Source: a virus (Duplodnaviria; Caudoviricetes). Taken from it: a DNA stretch of 55,088 nt. This document shows positions 36,769-45,347 of this stretch, piece by piece. How positions within the stretch are numbered: position 1 is the first letter of the stretch; each line of letters opens with the position of its first letter. The notes under the pieces were generated by a model. It worked only from the letters and a program-made list of their open reading frames with translations. It did not search any database and was not told where the DNA came from. Both the position numbers and the translations under genes were made by a program. Where the stretch lies: positions 1 to 55,088 of IMG/VR virus record IMGVR_UViG_3300013137_000002; one strand, given 5' to 3'.

Positions 36769-37320
36769 ATGAAAGTATTAAGAAAAAGAGAATTGGAAGT
36801 TAAGAACGTTAGAGTTGGTGACCAAATTGTCATTCAGTTGACTGGATTTGGAGAATTTACAGCGACTGCACAGAAAATTACTGAAAAGGGAACGCTGTTT
36901 TTGTTCGATGATTGTGTTACGGAGCGGCCTATGAACGAGAAAAACACCAACGAAGGTGGTTATAAGAAATCAGATCTTTGTAAGTGGATTAACACTGTGT
37001 TATTGAAGGCGTTCCCTAAAGACATGATAAAAAGAATTAGCGACCTCAGTATTCCTACATACGGTCAGATGTTCGGCCATGATGATTGGTATAACCGTGT
37101 AATGGAGCCTGATAATGACGAGCAACTTCCTCTTATGAAAAAGAGAAAGAATCGCATTGCTGATTTCAATGATACCTACGAATGGTACTGGATGCAAAAC
37201 GCAACTAAAAAAGAAGTATCTGCGGCTCATTTCGCTCGTGTGGCCAACTATGGCGATACGAGCTGCAACGGCGCGTCGTACTCGATTGGGGTTCGTCCGG
37301 CATTCGTGTTGGTTAATTAA
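36769..37320 (+). CDS. DGR target 2: stand-alone CLec-like (DUF6273-like) protein
   Basis: NTNEGGYKKSDLCKWIN...WYWMQNA...SAAHFARV...GVRPAF; its 3' end matches the TR. Confidence 0.9.
   Translation: MKVLRKRELEVKNVRVGDQIVIQLTGFGEFTATAQKITEKGTLFLFDDCVTERPMNEKNTNEGGYKKSDLCKWINTVLLKAFPKDMIKRISDLSIPTYGQMFGHDDWYNRVMEPDNDEQLPLMKKRKNRIADFNDTYEWYWMQNATKKEVSAAHFARVANYGDTSCNGASYSIGVRPAFVLVN
37219..37300 (+). repeat. DGR variable repeat VR2 (remote)
   Basis: 82-bp match to TR with 13 mismatches at TR adenines plus one synonymous T>G. Confidence 0.93.
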
Positions 37321-37324
37321 ATCT

Positions 37325-37341
37325 CCGCCCCTTGTGGGCGG
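37325..37341 (+). promoter_or_regulatory. DGR target-recognition hairpin after VR2
   Basis: CCGCCC-CTTGT-GGGCGG; same loop as the VR1 hairpin. Confidence 0.75.
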
Positions 37342-37378
37342 CTACATAAACTTAAAAATTGAAAGGAGATTCATCACT

Positions 37379-38896
37379 ATGCCAAATAAACATGCTGTAA
37401 AGATTATTGCGCTAGATTTCGACGGAACGCTTGTTCAGAACAAATATCCTGAAGTAGGCGAACCCATTATGAAAAATGTCAAGAAAATCAAAGAGGAAAT
37501 CGCCAAAGGTGCCAGGGTTATTCTCTGGACAAATCGCGTTGACGAATATTTACAGGCGGCTGTCGATTTCTGCAATGATCAAGGTATTCGCCTGGAAGCT
37601 GTTAACGAGAATTTACCGGAGGTAATTGCTGAGTTTGGTGGCAATCCAAGAAAGATATCCGCCAATGAGTACTGGGACGACAGAGCTGTAAATATGTCTG
37701 AGAAGGATATTGGCGAGTTCTCAGATGGGTATCATACGTTCAACGACCTATACAAGCAGCGGTTATATTTATCGGCAGCTTTATTTAATTCCTATAAAGG
37801 TCGAGCATGGAAATCCAGAAAGCATTCGGACGGACAGCCTTGTTTTTGTGGAGAGTACTTTATTGTCGGTATTGACACTCCTTTGGGACCATATACATAT
37901 CACTACGAGAATTGTCATTGGGATATGTTCAACTGCAAGGAACTGGATATAGCTCCTGAATGGGATGGTCACACTGATAAGGATGTACATCGGCTTGATT
38001 CCTTATGTAGAGAAGGACATTCTCCAAAGGATCCTGAAATAGCCTGTGAGTGTAAAAGACCGCAAAAGCGTAAGCTATTTTCCCAGGTAATGTACTATAT
38101 TTGTAGGTTCTTCCGACAAATAAGAAATCGTATAATGTATATTTTCAGACCGAGAACAGGTATGACAGGCTGGGCGTATAAAGAGGTTGAGTTGGCCTGT
38201 AAGAGTGAAAGGGAAGATAGTAAAACTCCCGATGGCGATTGGGATTATGGATGCGCTTGTTATGGAAGTGCCCTAAAGGCTTTCCGAAGTCTTACTAAAG
38301 ACGGTCATAGTGGAATGAGTATTGGTTTTACTCAGAATATTCTGAACCGACTTATTGATGGAAGACCGTTAACACCTATTGGTGACACATCTGATATTTG
38401 GAATGATATTTCAGACATAAGTGGTCTTAAGGGCGAGGAGGTTAACTATCAATGCAAGCGTATGAGCGCTTTGTTCAAGTATGTATATGCGGACGGTAGT
38501 GTGAAATATAAGAACATTGATTCACATTACTGCATCAACATCCACAATCAAAGCACATATCATAGTGGTCTTGTGCAGAGAATTATGGACGAGATGTATC
38601 CGATTACAATGCCTTATATGCCCGGAGAACCTATCAAGGTTTATTGTGATGATATTCTTACTGATAAGAAGAATGGTGATTTTGATACTGTTGCTGTATT
38701 CTATGCAATAAAACCTGATGGCGAGAAGGTCGAAATTAATCGCTTCTTTAAAGAATCCAAATCCGATACCGGCTGGGATGAAATAACGAAAGAGGAATAT
38801 TCTGAACGGAAAGTTATTGCGGAGGACCTTGTAACTCGGATTAAGAAAGAGGTGGATGAGGCCTTTAAGGTACCTCCACATTTAATGACTGAATAA
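37379..38896 (+). CDS. Multidomain protein: HAD-family hydrolase + WDGH-motif domain + C-terminal phage domain
   Basis: IIALDFDGTL...ILWTNR...RKISANEYWDDR; DGYHTFNDLY...TYHY...PEWDGHT; DGHSGMS...PLTPI. Start moved to the ATG at 37379 after a GAAAGGAG RBS. Confidence 0.75.
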   Translation: MPNKHAVKIIALDFDGTLVQNKYPEVGEPIMKNVKKIKEEIAKGARVILWTNRVDEYLQAAVDFCNDQGIRLEAVNENLPEVIAEFGGNPRKISANEYWDDRAVNMSEKDIGEFSDGYHTFNDLYKQRLYLSAALFNSYKGRAWKSRKHSDGQPCFCGEYFIVGIDTPLGPYTYHYENCHWDMFNCKELDIAPEWDGHTDKDVHRLDSLCREGHSPKDPEIACECKRPQKRKLFSQVMYYICRFFRQIRNRIMYIFRPRTGMTGWAYKEVELACKSEREDSKTPDGDWDYGCACYGSALKAFRSLTKDGHSGMSIGFTQNILNRLIDGRPLTPIGDTSDIWNDISDISGLKGEEVNYQCKRMSALFKYVYADGSVKYKNIDSHYCINIHNQSTYHSGLVQRIMDEMYPITMPYMPGEPIKVYCDDILTDKKNGDFDTVAVFYAIKPDGEKVEINRFFKESKSDTGWDEITKEEYSERKVIAEDLVTRIKKEVDEAFKVPPHLMTE

Positions 38897-38963
38897 GGTC
38901 GCAGGAAATACACAGGGTATAATGAAGATAATACTTAATTAAAATATTGAGAGGAGAATCATC

Positions 38964-39188
38964 ATGGAAAAGAAAAGAACATTGGGTGAATTCATAAAGG
39001 AAAATAAAGGTAAGATCATCAAAGGAACAATCATCGTAGTAGGTGTGGTAGCAGGAATAGTAGTAATAAGACTGTTAACAAACCGTTGCGAGGAACAGTT
39101 ACTTGGAGCGGTCGAGAACTTGAATCCGGAAGAATTAACGGCATTGGAGGGTTTCAAAGCCATTGGCGAGACTGCAGCAAATATATGA
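38964..39188 (+). CDS. Small membrane protein
   Basis: TM IIVVGVVAGIVVI; promoter 38899; terminator at 39210. Confidence 0.75.
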   Translation: MEKKRTLGEFIKENKGKIIKGTIIVVGVVAGIVVIRLLTNRCEEQLLGAVENLNPEELTALEGFKAIGETAANI

Positions 39189-39209
39189 GCAGTATAAAAT
39201 CAGAAAGCG

Positions 39210-39250
39210 AGATGCTTAAGGAAAACTTAGGCATCTTTGCTTTTATTTTT
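39210..39250 (+). terminator. Intrinsic terminator
   Basis: AGATGCTTAAG/CTTAGGCATCT stem followed by a T-tract. Confidence 0.7.
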
Positions 39251-39269
39251 ATTGGGAGGTTACAAACTT

Positions 39270-39881
39270 ATGAATAAATTAGATAGAAACAAAAGAAAAT
39301 GGAAGGTTAAACCACGCTTTTATGTTATTTGTACATTGATAGTGGCGATTATTACATCTCTGGTTATATTTAACCTGTCAAATGGTGTTGAAAACGAAGA
39401 GACATTTAATGACACAACTGTATTATCTGTAATAGAAACTATAAAAGATATTCCAATTCCGACCACGCCAGCTCCAATAAAAGAGATTAAACTTCATTAT
39501 GGGTTTACGGACGAAGATGTTTACCTTCTTGCACAGGTATTAAGTGGTGGAGGAAATGTTGATGGCGATGGGGAATATGATATAGATTTTCAGGAAGAAA
39601 TAAATTACTATGAAGTAGGTAAAGTTCTTAATGTAATAATGAATCGTGTACGCTCAGAGGACTTTCCGGATACTGTTAAGGACGTTGTATTACAAAAAGG
39701 ACAATTCAGTGTTATTCCACGTAATCTTACTAGGGAACCATCCGATATTGCACTACAAACAGTGCGTGAATGGTGTACGGCCTATGATAATTACATAAAT
39801 CTCGTACAAGTTGTACCTACAAATCATTTATTTTTTACCGGTAATGGCACTATAAATATAACAAGAGCAAAATATAAATGA
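39270..39881 (+). CDS. Membrane-anchored SleB/Hydrolase_2-like cell-wall hydrolase
   Basis: N-terminal TM; VIMNRVRSEDFPDTVKDVVLQKGQFS. Confidence 0.8.
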   Translation: MNKLDRNKRKWKVKPRFYVICTLIVAIITSLVIFNLSNGVENEETFNDTTVLSVIETIKDIPIPTTPAPIKEIKLHYGFTDEDVYLLAQVLSGGGNVDGDGEYDIDFQEEINYYEVGKVLNVIMNRVRSEDFPDTVKDVVLQKGQFSVIPRNLTREPSDIALQTVREWCTAYDNYINLVQVVPTNHLFFTGNGTINITRAKYK

Positions 39882-39937
39882 ATCTCGCTGGAATTACATA
39901 GTCTATAATGAAACTATATTTTGAAAGGAGAATCATT

Positions 39938-40231
39938 ATGGAAAAATTTAAAACAGCATTAACGGTAGTTAAGATGGTTGGAGGATTAGTAATTTCAATA
40001 GGAGTTGGCGCGGTTGCGGCGAACTTGATAAAAGCGACAACCCCCGAAGATATAAAAAAGGTGACAAAAATATGTATCGGAGTGGGAAGTTTCTTTGTAG
40101 CAGGAATAGCAGCATCAGCAGCTAGCAATAAATTTGAAGGGACTATGGATTCAGTCATAAACACAATAGTGAAGTTTACGGAAGGAGATAATGACAATGA
40201 GACACCAGAAGTAGTAATAGAGGAGACTTAA
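39938..40231 (+). CDS. Small membrane protein
   Basis: Two hydrophobic segments; promoter 39885; hairpin gagacttaaataagtctc at the end. Confidence 0.75.
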   Translation: MEKFKTALTVVKMVGGLVISIGVGAVAANLIKATTPEDIKKVTKICIGVGSFFVAGIAASAASNKFEGTMDSVINTIVKFTEGDNDNETPEVVIEET

Positions 40232-40282
40232 ATAAGTCTCTTTCTTTTCACCTTATATTTTAAATTTGAAAGGGGAGTCACT

Positions 40283-40402
40283 ATGTATTATTCGAATTGG
40301 GAATATCATCCACTTTATGGTTGTTATTCAAGATTTGTCTTTAAAGAAACGAAAGATGGATATAAAATGGTAGAAAGAGAATATAGATATTTAAATACTT
40401 AA
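40283..40402 (+). CDS. 39-aa aromatic-rich peptide (not in ORF track)
   Basis: MYYSNWEYHPLYGCYSRFVFKETKDGYKMVEREYRYLNT; GGGGAG RBS. Confidence 0.55.
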   Translation: MYYSNWEYHPLYGCYSRFVFKETKDGYKMVEREYRYLNT

Positions 40403-40425
40403 GAATTCGAAAGGAGAAAACCACT

Positions 40426-40587
40426 ATGGATGCAATAATCACTCGTAACTGTAAGGAAAAGATTTGTAAGAAGTCCTTCACAATCTCCGCGGAGGAGGCG
40501 AAGTGGCTAAAAGATAAAGGCTTGGAACTCTATAAGAGATGTCCCGATTGTCGGAAGAGAAGGAGAGAAGAAGCTAATGGAAAATAA
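40426..40587 (+). CDS. 53-aa zinc-ribbon protein (not in ORF track)
   Basis: CKEKIC.KSFTISAEEAKWLKDKGL...KRCPDCRKRR. Confidence 0.75.
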   Translation: MDAIITRNCKEKICKKSFTISAEEAKWLKDKGLELYKRCPDCRKRRREEANGK

Positions 40588-41260
40588 CGATAATAAGGAA
40601 CAATTGAAAAATGTATTTCCCTCTAACTCAAAAATAAAGAGGGATCCTCAACAGCCGCCTAAAGTTGAAGATAGAAAACTTGAGAAGGTTGTTACTGGTA
40701 CGGTAAAAAAACAAAAGAGGGGTTTCGGTAAAAAGCTTGCTGAGACCTTTCTTGAAGATAACACAAGGAGTGTTGGTAGTTATATTTTCCACGACGTTCT
40801 TATTCCCGCAGCTAAATCTATGATTTGTGATATGGTTGGATGGGGAGGCTTTGCCGAGATATTGCTGTTTGGTGATAAACGCGGTGGAGCAAGAGCTCGT
40901 GGTGGCAGATCAGACGGACGTTCATTCACAAGTTACAATTCATGTTATCGCTCAACGGATCGTGACCGGGATACAAGAGACCGTGACAGACGTGATATTT
41001 CAAGAACAAGTAGGGCTCGTCATGATTTTGATGAGATTATTCTTGAAACTCGTGGTGAAGCAGAAGAAGTATTATCTCATCTCGTTGACTTAACTATCGA
41101 TTACAATCAAGCAACCGTTGCTGATTTGTATGACTTGGTTGGAATCAGCAGCAACTTCACCGATAATAAGTATGGCTGGACAGATTTACGTAATGCCAGT
41201 GTGACTAGGGTAAGAGACGGATATTTACTGAATTTGCCTCGAACTCAGATACTGGATTAG
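40577..41260 (+). CDS. Conserved phage hypothetical protein
   Basis: DVLIPAAK...EAEEVL...ATVADLYDLVG...TDNKYGWTDL. Confidence 0.8.
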   Translation: MENNDNKEQLKNVFPSNSKIKRDPQQPPKVEDRKLEKVVTGTVKKQKRGFGKKLAETFLEDNTRSVGSYIFHDVLIPAAKSMICDMVGWGGFAEILLFGDKRGGARARGGRSDGRSFTSYNSCYRSTDRDRDTRDRDRRDISRTSRARHDFDEIILETRGEAEEVLSHLVDLTIDYNQATVADLYDLVGISSNFTDNKYGWTDLRNASVTRVRDGYLLNLPRTQILD

Positions 41261-41270
41261 GAGGAATAAA

Positions 41271-41936
41271 ATGAATATCTTTGATTTATTAGCTCAAGGT
41301 ATTGAGGCTCAGATGTCTAATGAAGAGAACTTTGTTCAGGATGCAATAACCTTTCGGTTCCGCAAAGGTGATAGATATTATCAGCGTGTTATTCCTCGTA
41401 AAGAAATTATCCTATTCAATGGGGGAGCAGTGAGCTCCTCTTTGTTTGAGGATATGATTTGCAGGGAGGTAATGGAATATTTTAAGAATCCAAAAGGTTC
41501 TGAGAAAACAGAAAATACTTTGCAGCTTGGTGATTGGGTTATTTGCTCTGAAAGCGGAGTTGTCGGACGCATCATAAATTTCTATACACCAACTGCTTGT
41601 GAGGAGCAGATAATGGTAAAAACACGTAATGGAAGACGTTATCATGCACCAAAAAGATTGTGGAAACATTATCAATTTGGCGTTGAAGCAACGACCGTAA
41701 TTACGGATGAGTTATCTACTACAATGGGTGGTATTAAAGCTTCAGAATATGATGGGGATATGCTTAATGAGCATGGCAAATATGCCATTAAGTTTGCTCA
41801 GAATCACGGTATAAGTATCAATGAAGCGCTTGAACATCCTACTGTTAAAGCCCATGCAGAGGTTATAAATTCCTTGAATGAGCAGGTTCTTAAGGAGATA
41901 TATCCGAAGCAGAACTTTCTAAAAAATGGAGGATAA
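41271..41936 (+). CDS. Hypothetical protein with central SH3-like segment
   Basis: LQLGDWVIC..SGVVGRI; AGGAGG RBS. Confidence 0.65.
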   Translation: MNIFDLLAQGIEAQMSNEENFVQDAITFRFRKGDRYYQRVIPRKEIILFNGGAVSSSLFEDMICREVMEYFKNPKGSEKTENTLQLGDWVICSESGVVGRIINFYTPTACEEQIMVKTRNGRRYHAPKRLWKHYQFGVEATTVITDELSTTMGGIKASEYDGDMLNEHGKYAIKFAQNHGISINEALEHPTVKAHAEVINSLNEQVLKEIYPKQNFLKNGG

Positions 41937-41970
41937 ACTTTAATCTGTTTTAAAATAAGGAGGGTCAAAT

Positions 41971-42237
41971 ATGTCTAAACTGTTTTGGCATTGTGAAAAA
42001 TGTGGTGGAAACTTCGACCATGGAGAATCTTGTGATTGCAAAAAAGAAGAGTCAAAATTATTGGTAAGTGAGACTCTTATCTTAGGTGTCGATATCTCTG
42101 GAGGTAAAGATATTTCCTGTATACAAATAGTGAGGGTAATAGGAAATACTCGTAAGGTTATTAACACCATATATGGAGAAGAAGCTGAGAAAACCTATGA
42201 CATCCTTATGAATAGAGGTGGAGTAGTTAAGGTTTAG
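41971..42237 (+). CDS. Small Cys-rich hypothetical protein
   Basis: CEKCGGNFDHGESCDC. Confidence 0.7.
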   Translation: MSKLFWHCEKCGGNFDHGESCDCKKEESKLLVSETLILGVDISGGKDISCIQIVRVIGNTRKVINTIYGEEAEKTYDILMNRGGVVKV

Positions 42238-42253
42238 GAAGGAGAATGATTTA

Positions 42254-42706
42254 ATGATAAAACTTGTTAAAGATCCAAATGCCGATAGTCGTGCGGTTAA
42301 TGGAAAAATTCCATTAATGAAGTTACAGCTAGCTACGGCTAATCATATTGAACATGTGTCAGAAGGGCTTGGATATTTTGCCGACTTACTTAAAGCTGCT
42401 GGAATAAATCATGACCATACAAAGTCAGAAAATATGGAGGAATTCCATAAAGCACTTGAGACTGGAATGGTTAAAAAGAGCCGGTGGTATAAGATGCATA
42501 TTTCAGAAGAGCGTCATCATCTGATAGCGAAGGCTCCGGACGATGTTAACCTTATTGATGTGTTTGAGCATCTTGTCGATTGTGTGATGGCGGGTACAGC
42601 TAGGTCTGGAGAGATATTTGACATTGATTTGTCGAATGAGCTCTTGCAGAAGGCACATAAGAATACGGTCGAGATGTTGAAGAAGCAGATTAAGGTGGAG
42701 GGATAA
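42254..42706 (+). CDS. HD-like metal-dependent hydrolase
   Basis: HIEHV...HDHTK...ERHH...EHLVDC. Confidence 0.6.
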   Translation: MIKLVKDPNADSRAVNGKIPLMKLQLATANHIEHVSEGLGYFADLLKAAGINHDHTKSENMEEFHKALETGMVKKSRWYKMHISEERHHLIAKAPDDVNLIDVFEHLVDCVMAGTARSGEIFDIDLSNELLQKAHKNTVEMLKKQIKVEG

Positions 42707-42707
42707 T

Positions 42708-43034
42708 ATGGACATCTTATATTTATGTGATCGTAAAGCATGCGAACAATGTAATCCGGAATGCCAACATACAAAAGATATTTATCATGCTATAAATTTC
42801 GAAAAATATGAGGGCGGTGGTTATTGGGAAAAAGAGGCAAAACCATTACTTGTTCTCAAGACGGATCGTCTTCTTAAAAAGGACATTGTTGATCTAATTC
42901 GAAATGATATTAAGAGACAAATGGAAGAAGGTTTAGTCTTGGTTGATGGCTCTATAACTGAGATTAAATTTAAAAATGATGTATATGGCGTTATGCTTAT
43001 TTGTCAGGCGGAAAAAATAAAAGAAGAACCATAA
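42708..43034 (+). CDS. Hypothetical protein, Cys-rich N-terminus
   Basis: YLCDRKACEQCNPECQHT. Confidence 0.65.
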   Translation: MDILYLCDRKACEQCNPECQHTKDIYHAINFEKYEGGGYWEKEAKPLLVLKTDRLLKKDIVDLIRNDIKRQMEEGLVLVDGSITEIKFKNDVYGVMLICQAEKIKEEP

Positions 43035-43075
43035 ACTCGTAATAAAAACATCTCCTTTAATGAAAGGAGAATAAA

Positions 43076-43546
43076 ATGGATATTGAACAGTTGAAACAAA
43101 TTTATAATGAAATAGGAGGAGGATTTAATATGAAAATCATATTAATATTAATCATTACAACACTAATAAGTGTTTCTCAAGGTTCTACTACCCATGTTAT
43201 AACAAAAGATGGAGTTAAAGAAATCGAACTGGTTGGCAGTAAGATAATTAACGCGGAAGGCGAGATCAAGGAAATCAAAAAAGATGACGTAATTTATGTT
43301 GTCGGTGCGGATGGTAAAGTTGTAAAATATAACAAAGGAGCTGAAAAGGGTATGACAACAAAAGAGCCGGAGCTTCGTGATGAAGTTAAAAGCAAAGTTG
43401 CACCGGATATAGCAGGTACCGTAATCGCAAAATATCCTGGAACGATTGAACAAGGAAATCTTATCGATGTACGTTTGTTTGACGAGAAGATATATTACGG
43501 AACACCGGCCAAGAACTGGGAAGTTGTTAAAGAAAACGACGAATAA
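43076..43546 (+). CDS. Hypothetical protein (possible signal-peptide start at 43130)
   Basis: Follows promoter variant 43037; a second RBS precedes MKIILILIITTLISVSQG. Confidence 0.6.
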   Translation: MDIEQLKQIYNEIGGGFNMKIILILIITTLISVSQGSTTHVITKDGVKEIELVGSKIINAEGEIKEIKKDDVIYVVGADGKVVKYNKGAEKGMTTKEPELRDEVKSKVAPDIAGTVIAKYPGTIEQGNLIDVRLFDEKIYYGTPAKNWEVVKENDE

Positions 43547-43583
43547 AGTTATATTCGCGAAAACTACAAGGACTATAATGAAG

Positions 43584-43654
43584 AGGTAGTTAGCTCAGTT
43601 GGTTAGAGCGCTAGTATTGACTAGATGTCATCGGTTCGAATCCGATACTAACTC
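43584..43654 (+). tRNA. Atypical tRNA/pseudo-tRNA, anticodon arm 3 nt short, identity undetermined
   Basis: D arm GCTC-AGTTGGTTA-GAGC; T arm ATCGG-TTCGAAT-CCGAT; acceptor AGGTAGT/ACTAACT (1 mismatch); anticodon arm CTAGT-ATTG-ACTAG; no encoded CCA. Confidence 0.75.
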
Positions 43655-43710
43655 TTTCTTTTTTCAATGTAACTATAAACCAAATATTAAATTGTAAAGG
43701 AGAAATTACC

Positions 43711-44664
43711 ATGAAATTAGAAAAAATTACAACCGGTCTGTCGAAATTGACCGGAAAGAGCGGGTTGGTGCTTAAGGCGCATTCCCCTGAAATCTTATTA
43801 GGAATAGGTATTGTTGGTACTGTAGCTTCTACAGTATTAGCTTGCCGCGCAACAATGAAAGTTGAGGGCGTCCTCGACAACCACAAAGAAAAGGTTGACA
43901 AGATAAATTTCGCTTGGCAGAAGGTTCAGGACGGAGAAATTCCTTTGGAAGAGTATTCTGAAAAAGACAAACAGAAGGATCTTGTTGTGACATATTCCCA
44001 GACGGCTGTAGATTTCATCAAACTGTATGGTCCGGCTATAACACTCGGCGTAGCTTCACTCGCATGTATCGTGGCTGGTCATGGAATTATGAAAAAGAGG
44101 AATCTTGCTCTTATGGCTGCATATAAAGCTGTTGAAGAAGGATTTATGGCTTATCGTAAGAGAGTCATTGAGGAGCATGGAGAAGAAGCTGACTACATGT
44201 ACAAAAATGGTCTGCGCAAGCAGGAAATAACCGAAATGGCTTACACGGATGCAGAAGGCGTCAAGCATAAAGCTCAGAAGAAGCAGGTACTTGTTGAGGA
44301 TCCAAACGGCTTAAGCGTATACGCACGGTTCTTTGACGAAAGCTGTGAACAGTGGTCAAAGAATCCGGAATACAATCTGATGTTCCTGCGTAGTCAGCAG
44401 AATTACTATAATGATATGCTCAAAGCCCGTGGTCATGTTTTCTTAAATGAAGTATATGATGCGCTTGGTATTCCGAGAACACAGGCTGGTGCCGTTGTTG
44501 GTTGGGTACTTGGTGAAAGTGGAGATAACTGCATCGACTTCGGTATATTTGATGGAGACAGACCGAGAGCCAGAGACTTCGTCAATGGTTATGAACGTTC
44601 AATTCTCCTTGACTTCAATGTTGACGGGGTAATCTATGACCTTTTTACGAAAAAGAAGGACTAA
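43711..44664 (+). CDS. DUF6353-like phage protein, paralog 2
   Basis: HSPEILLGIG...KRNLALMAAY...GHVFLNEVYDALG...GW...LDFNVDG. Confidence 0.78.
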   Translation: MKLEKITTGLSKLTGKSGLVLKAHSPEILLGIGIVGTVASTVLACRATMKVEGVLDNHKEKVDKINFAWQKVQDGEIPLEEYSEKDKQKDLVVTYSQTAVDFIKLYGPAITLGVASLACIVAGHGIMKKRNLALMAAYKAVEEGFMAYRKRVIEEHGEEADYMYKNGLRKQEITEMAYTDAEGVKHKAQKKQVLVEDPNGLSVYARFFDESCEQWSKNPEYNLMFLRSQQNYYNDMLKARGHVFLNEVYDALGIPRTQAGAVVGWVLGESGDNCIDFGIFDGDRPRARDFVNGYERSILLDFNVDGVIYDLFTKKKD

Positions 44665-44808
44665 ATGCTGTAGGATGCGGCATATTCTACAGAGACATTC
44701 TCGACTATCCTCATTTATATTTGTATGACCATGGTATCACACATGATGAGGATGAAGGATGTTATTTAGACCTTTATTCTACGTTATCAAGAGTTGGGGG
44801 TGAGTACT

Positions 44809-45039
44809 TTGGAAGATGATCAACTTCTCTACCAGATTGGCTGGGATGGTATCTTGCAATTCTTCTATGATTCCGAAGAGAACACATTTTATGATCAATG
44901 CGGAATTAGGGTTGCAAACATCTTCGAAGTGCTAACCCCCAATGATATTTTCTTGTTTAAACAAGATCCTGGTTATAATGTCTTCCGTCATAGAGACGAT
45001 TCTCGCATTATGTGTGAGATATTAACAGACTATAAGTAA
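44809..45039 (+). CDS. Tandem paralog 1 of 3 (FE.+TPND+.LF family)
   Basis: YDSEENTFYDQCG..VANIFEVLTPNDIFLF. Confidence 0.7.
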   Translation: MEDDQLLYQIGWDGILQFFYDSEENTFYDQCGIRVANIFEVLTPNDIFLFKQDPGYNVFRHRDDSRIMCEILTDYK

Positions 45040-45053
45040 GGAGGTGATTGATA

Positions 45054-45347
45054 ATGTATATTTCGGATAATATGGCTTTGTACTATCTTAAAGATGATAA
45101 CGTATTTATGGATGGGGAGGGCGAGATTGTTTTTGAGATTTTTGAAGTGATTAGTCCTAACGACTTATATTTGTTCAAACGCAACAAAGAGTATGCAATA
45201 GTCAATCACCATACTTTACCTGGAAAATTCGTTGAATTATATTGGCCTGATGACGAGGAAGAAGAATACTTCTTTGATGCCGGAGATGATTACGAAAGGA
45301 TTGCTCGCTATGAAAAAGCAAGATTGTCCGGGTGTTTTGTCTATTGA
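45054..45347 (+). CDS. Tandem paralog 2 of 3
   Basis: YLKDDNVFMDGEG.IVFEIFEVISPNDLYLF. Confidence 0.7.
   Translation: MYISDNMALYYLKDDNVFMDGEGEIVFEIFEVISPNDLYLFKRNKEYAIVNHHTLPGKFVELYWPDDEEEEYFFDAGDDYERIARYEKARLSGCFVY

Noticed and set aside
37157-37378. N-terminal extension of the 579-aa ORF overlapping VR2 (dual-frame diversification)
   Set aside because: There is no RBS at 37157, while a strong RBS precedes the ATG at 37379 where the HAD domain begins.
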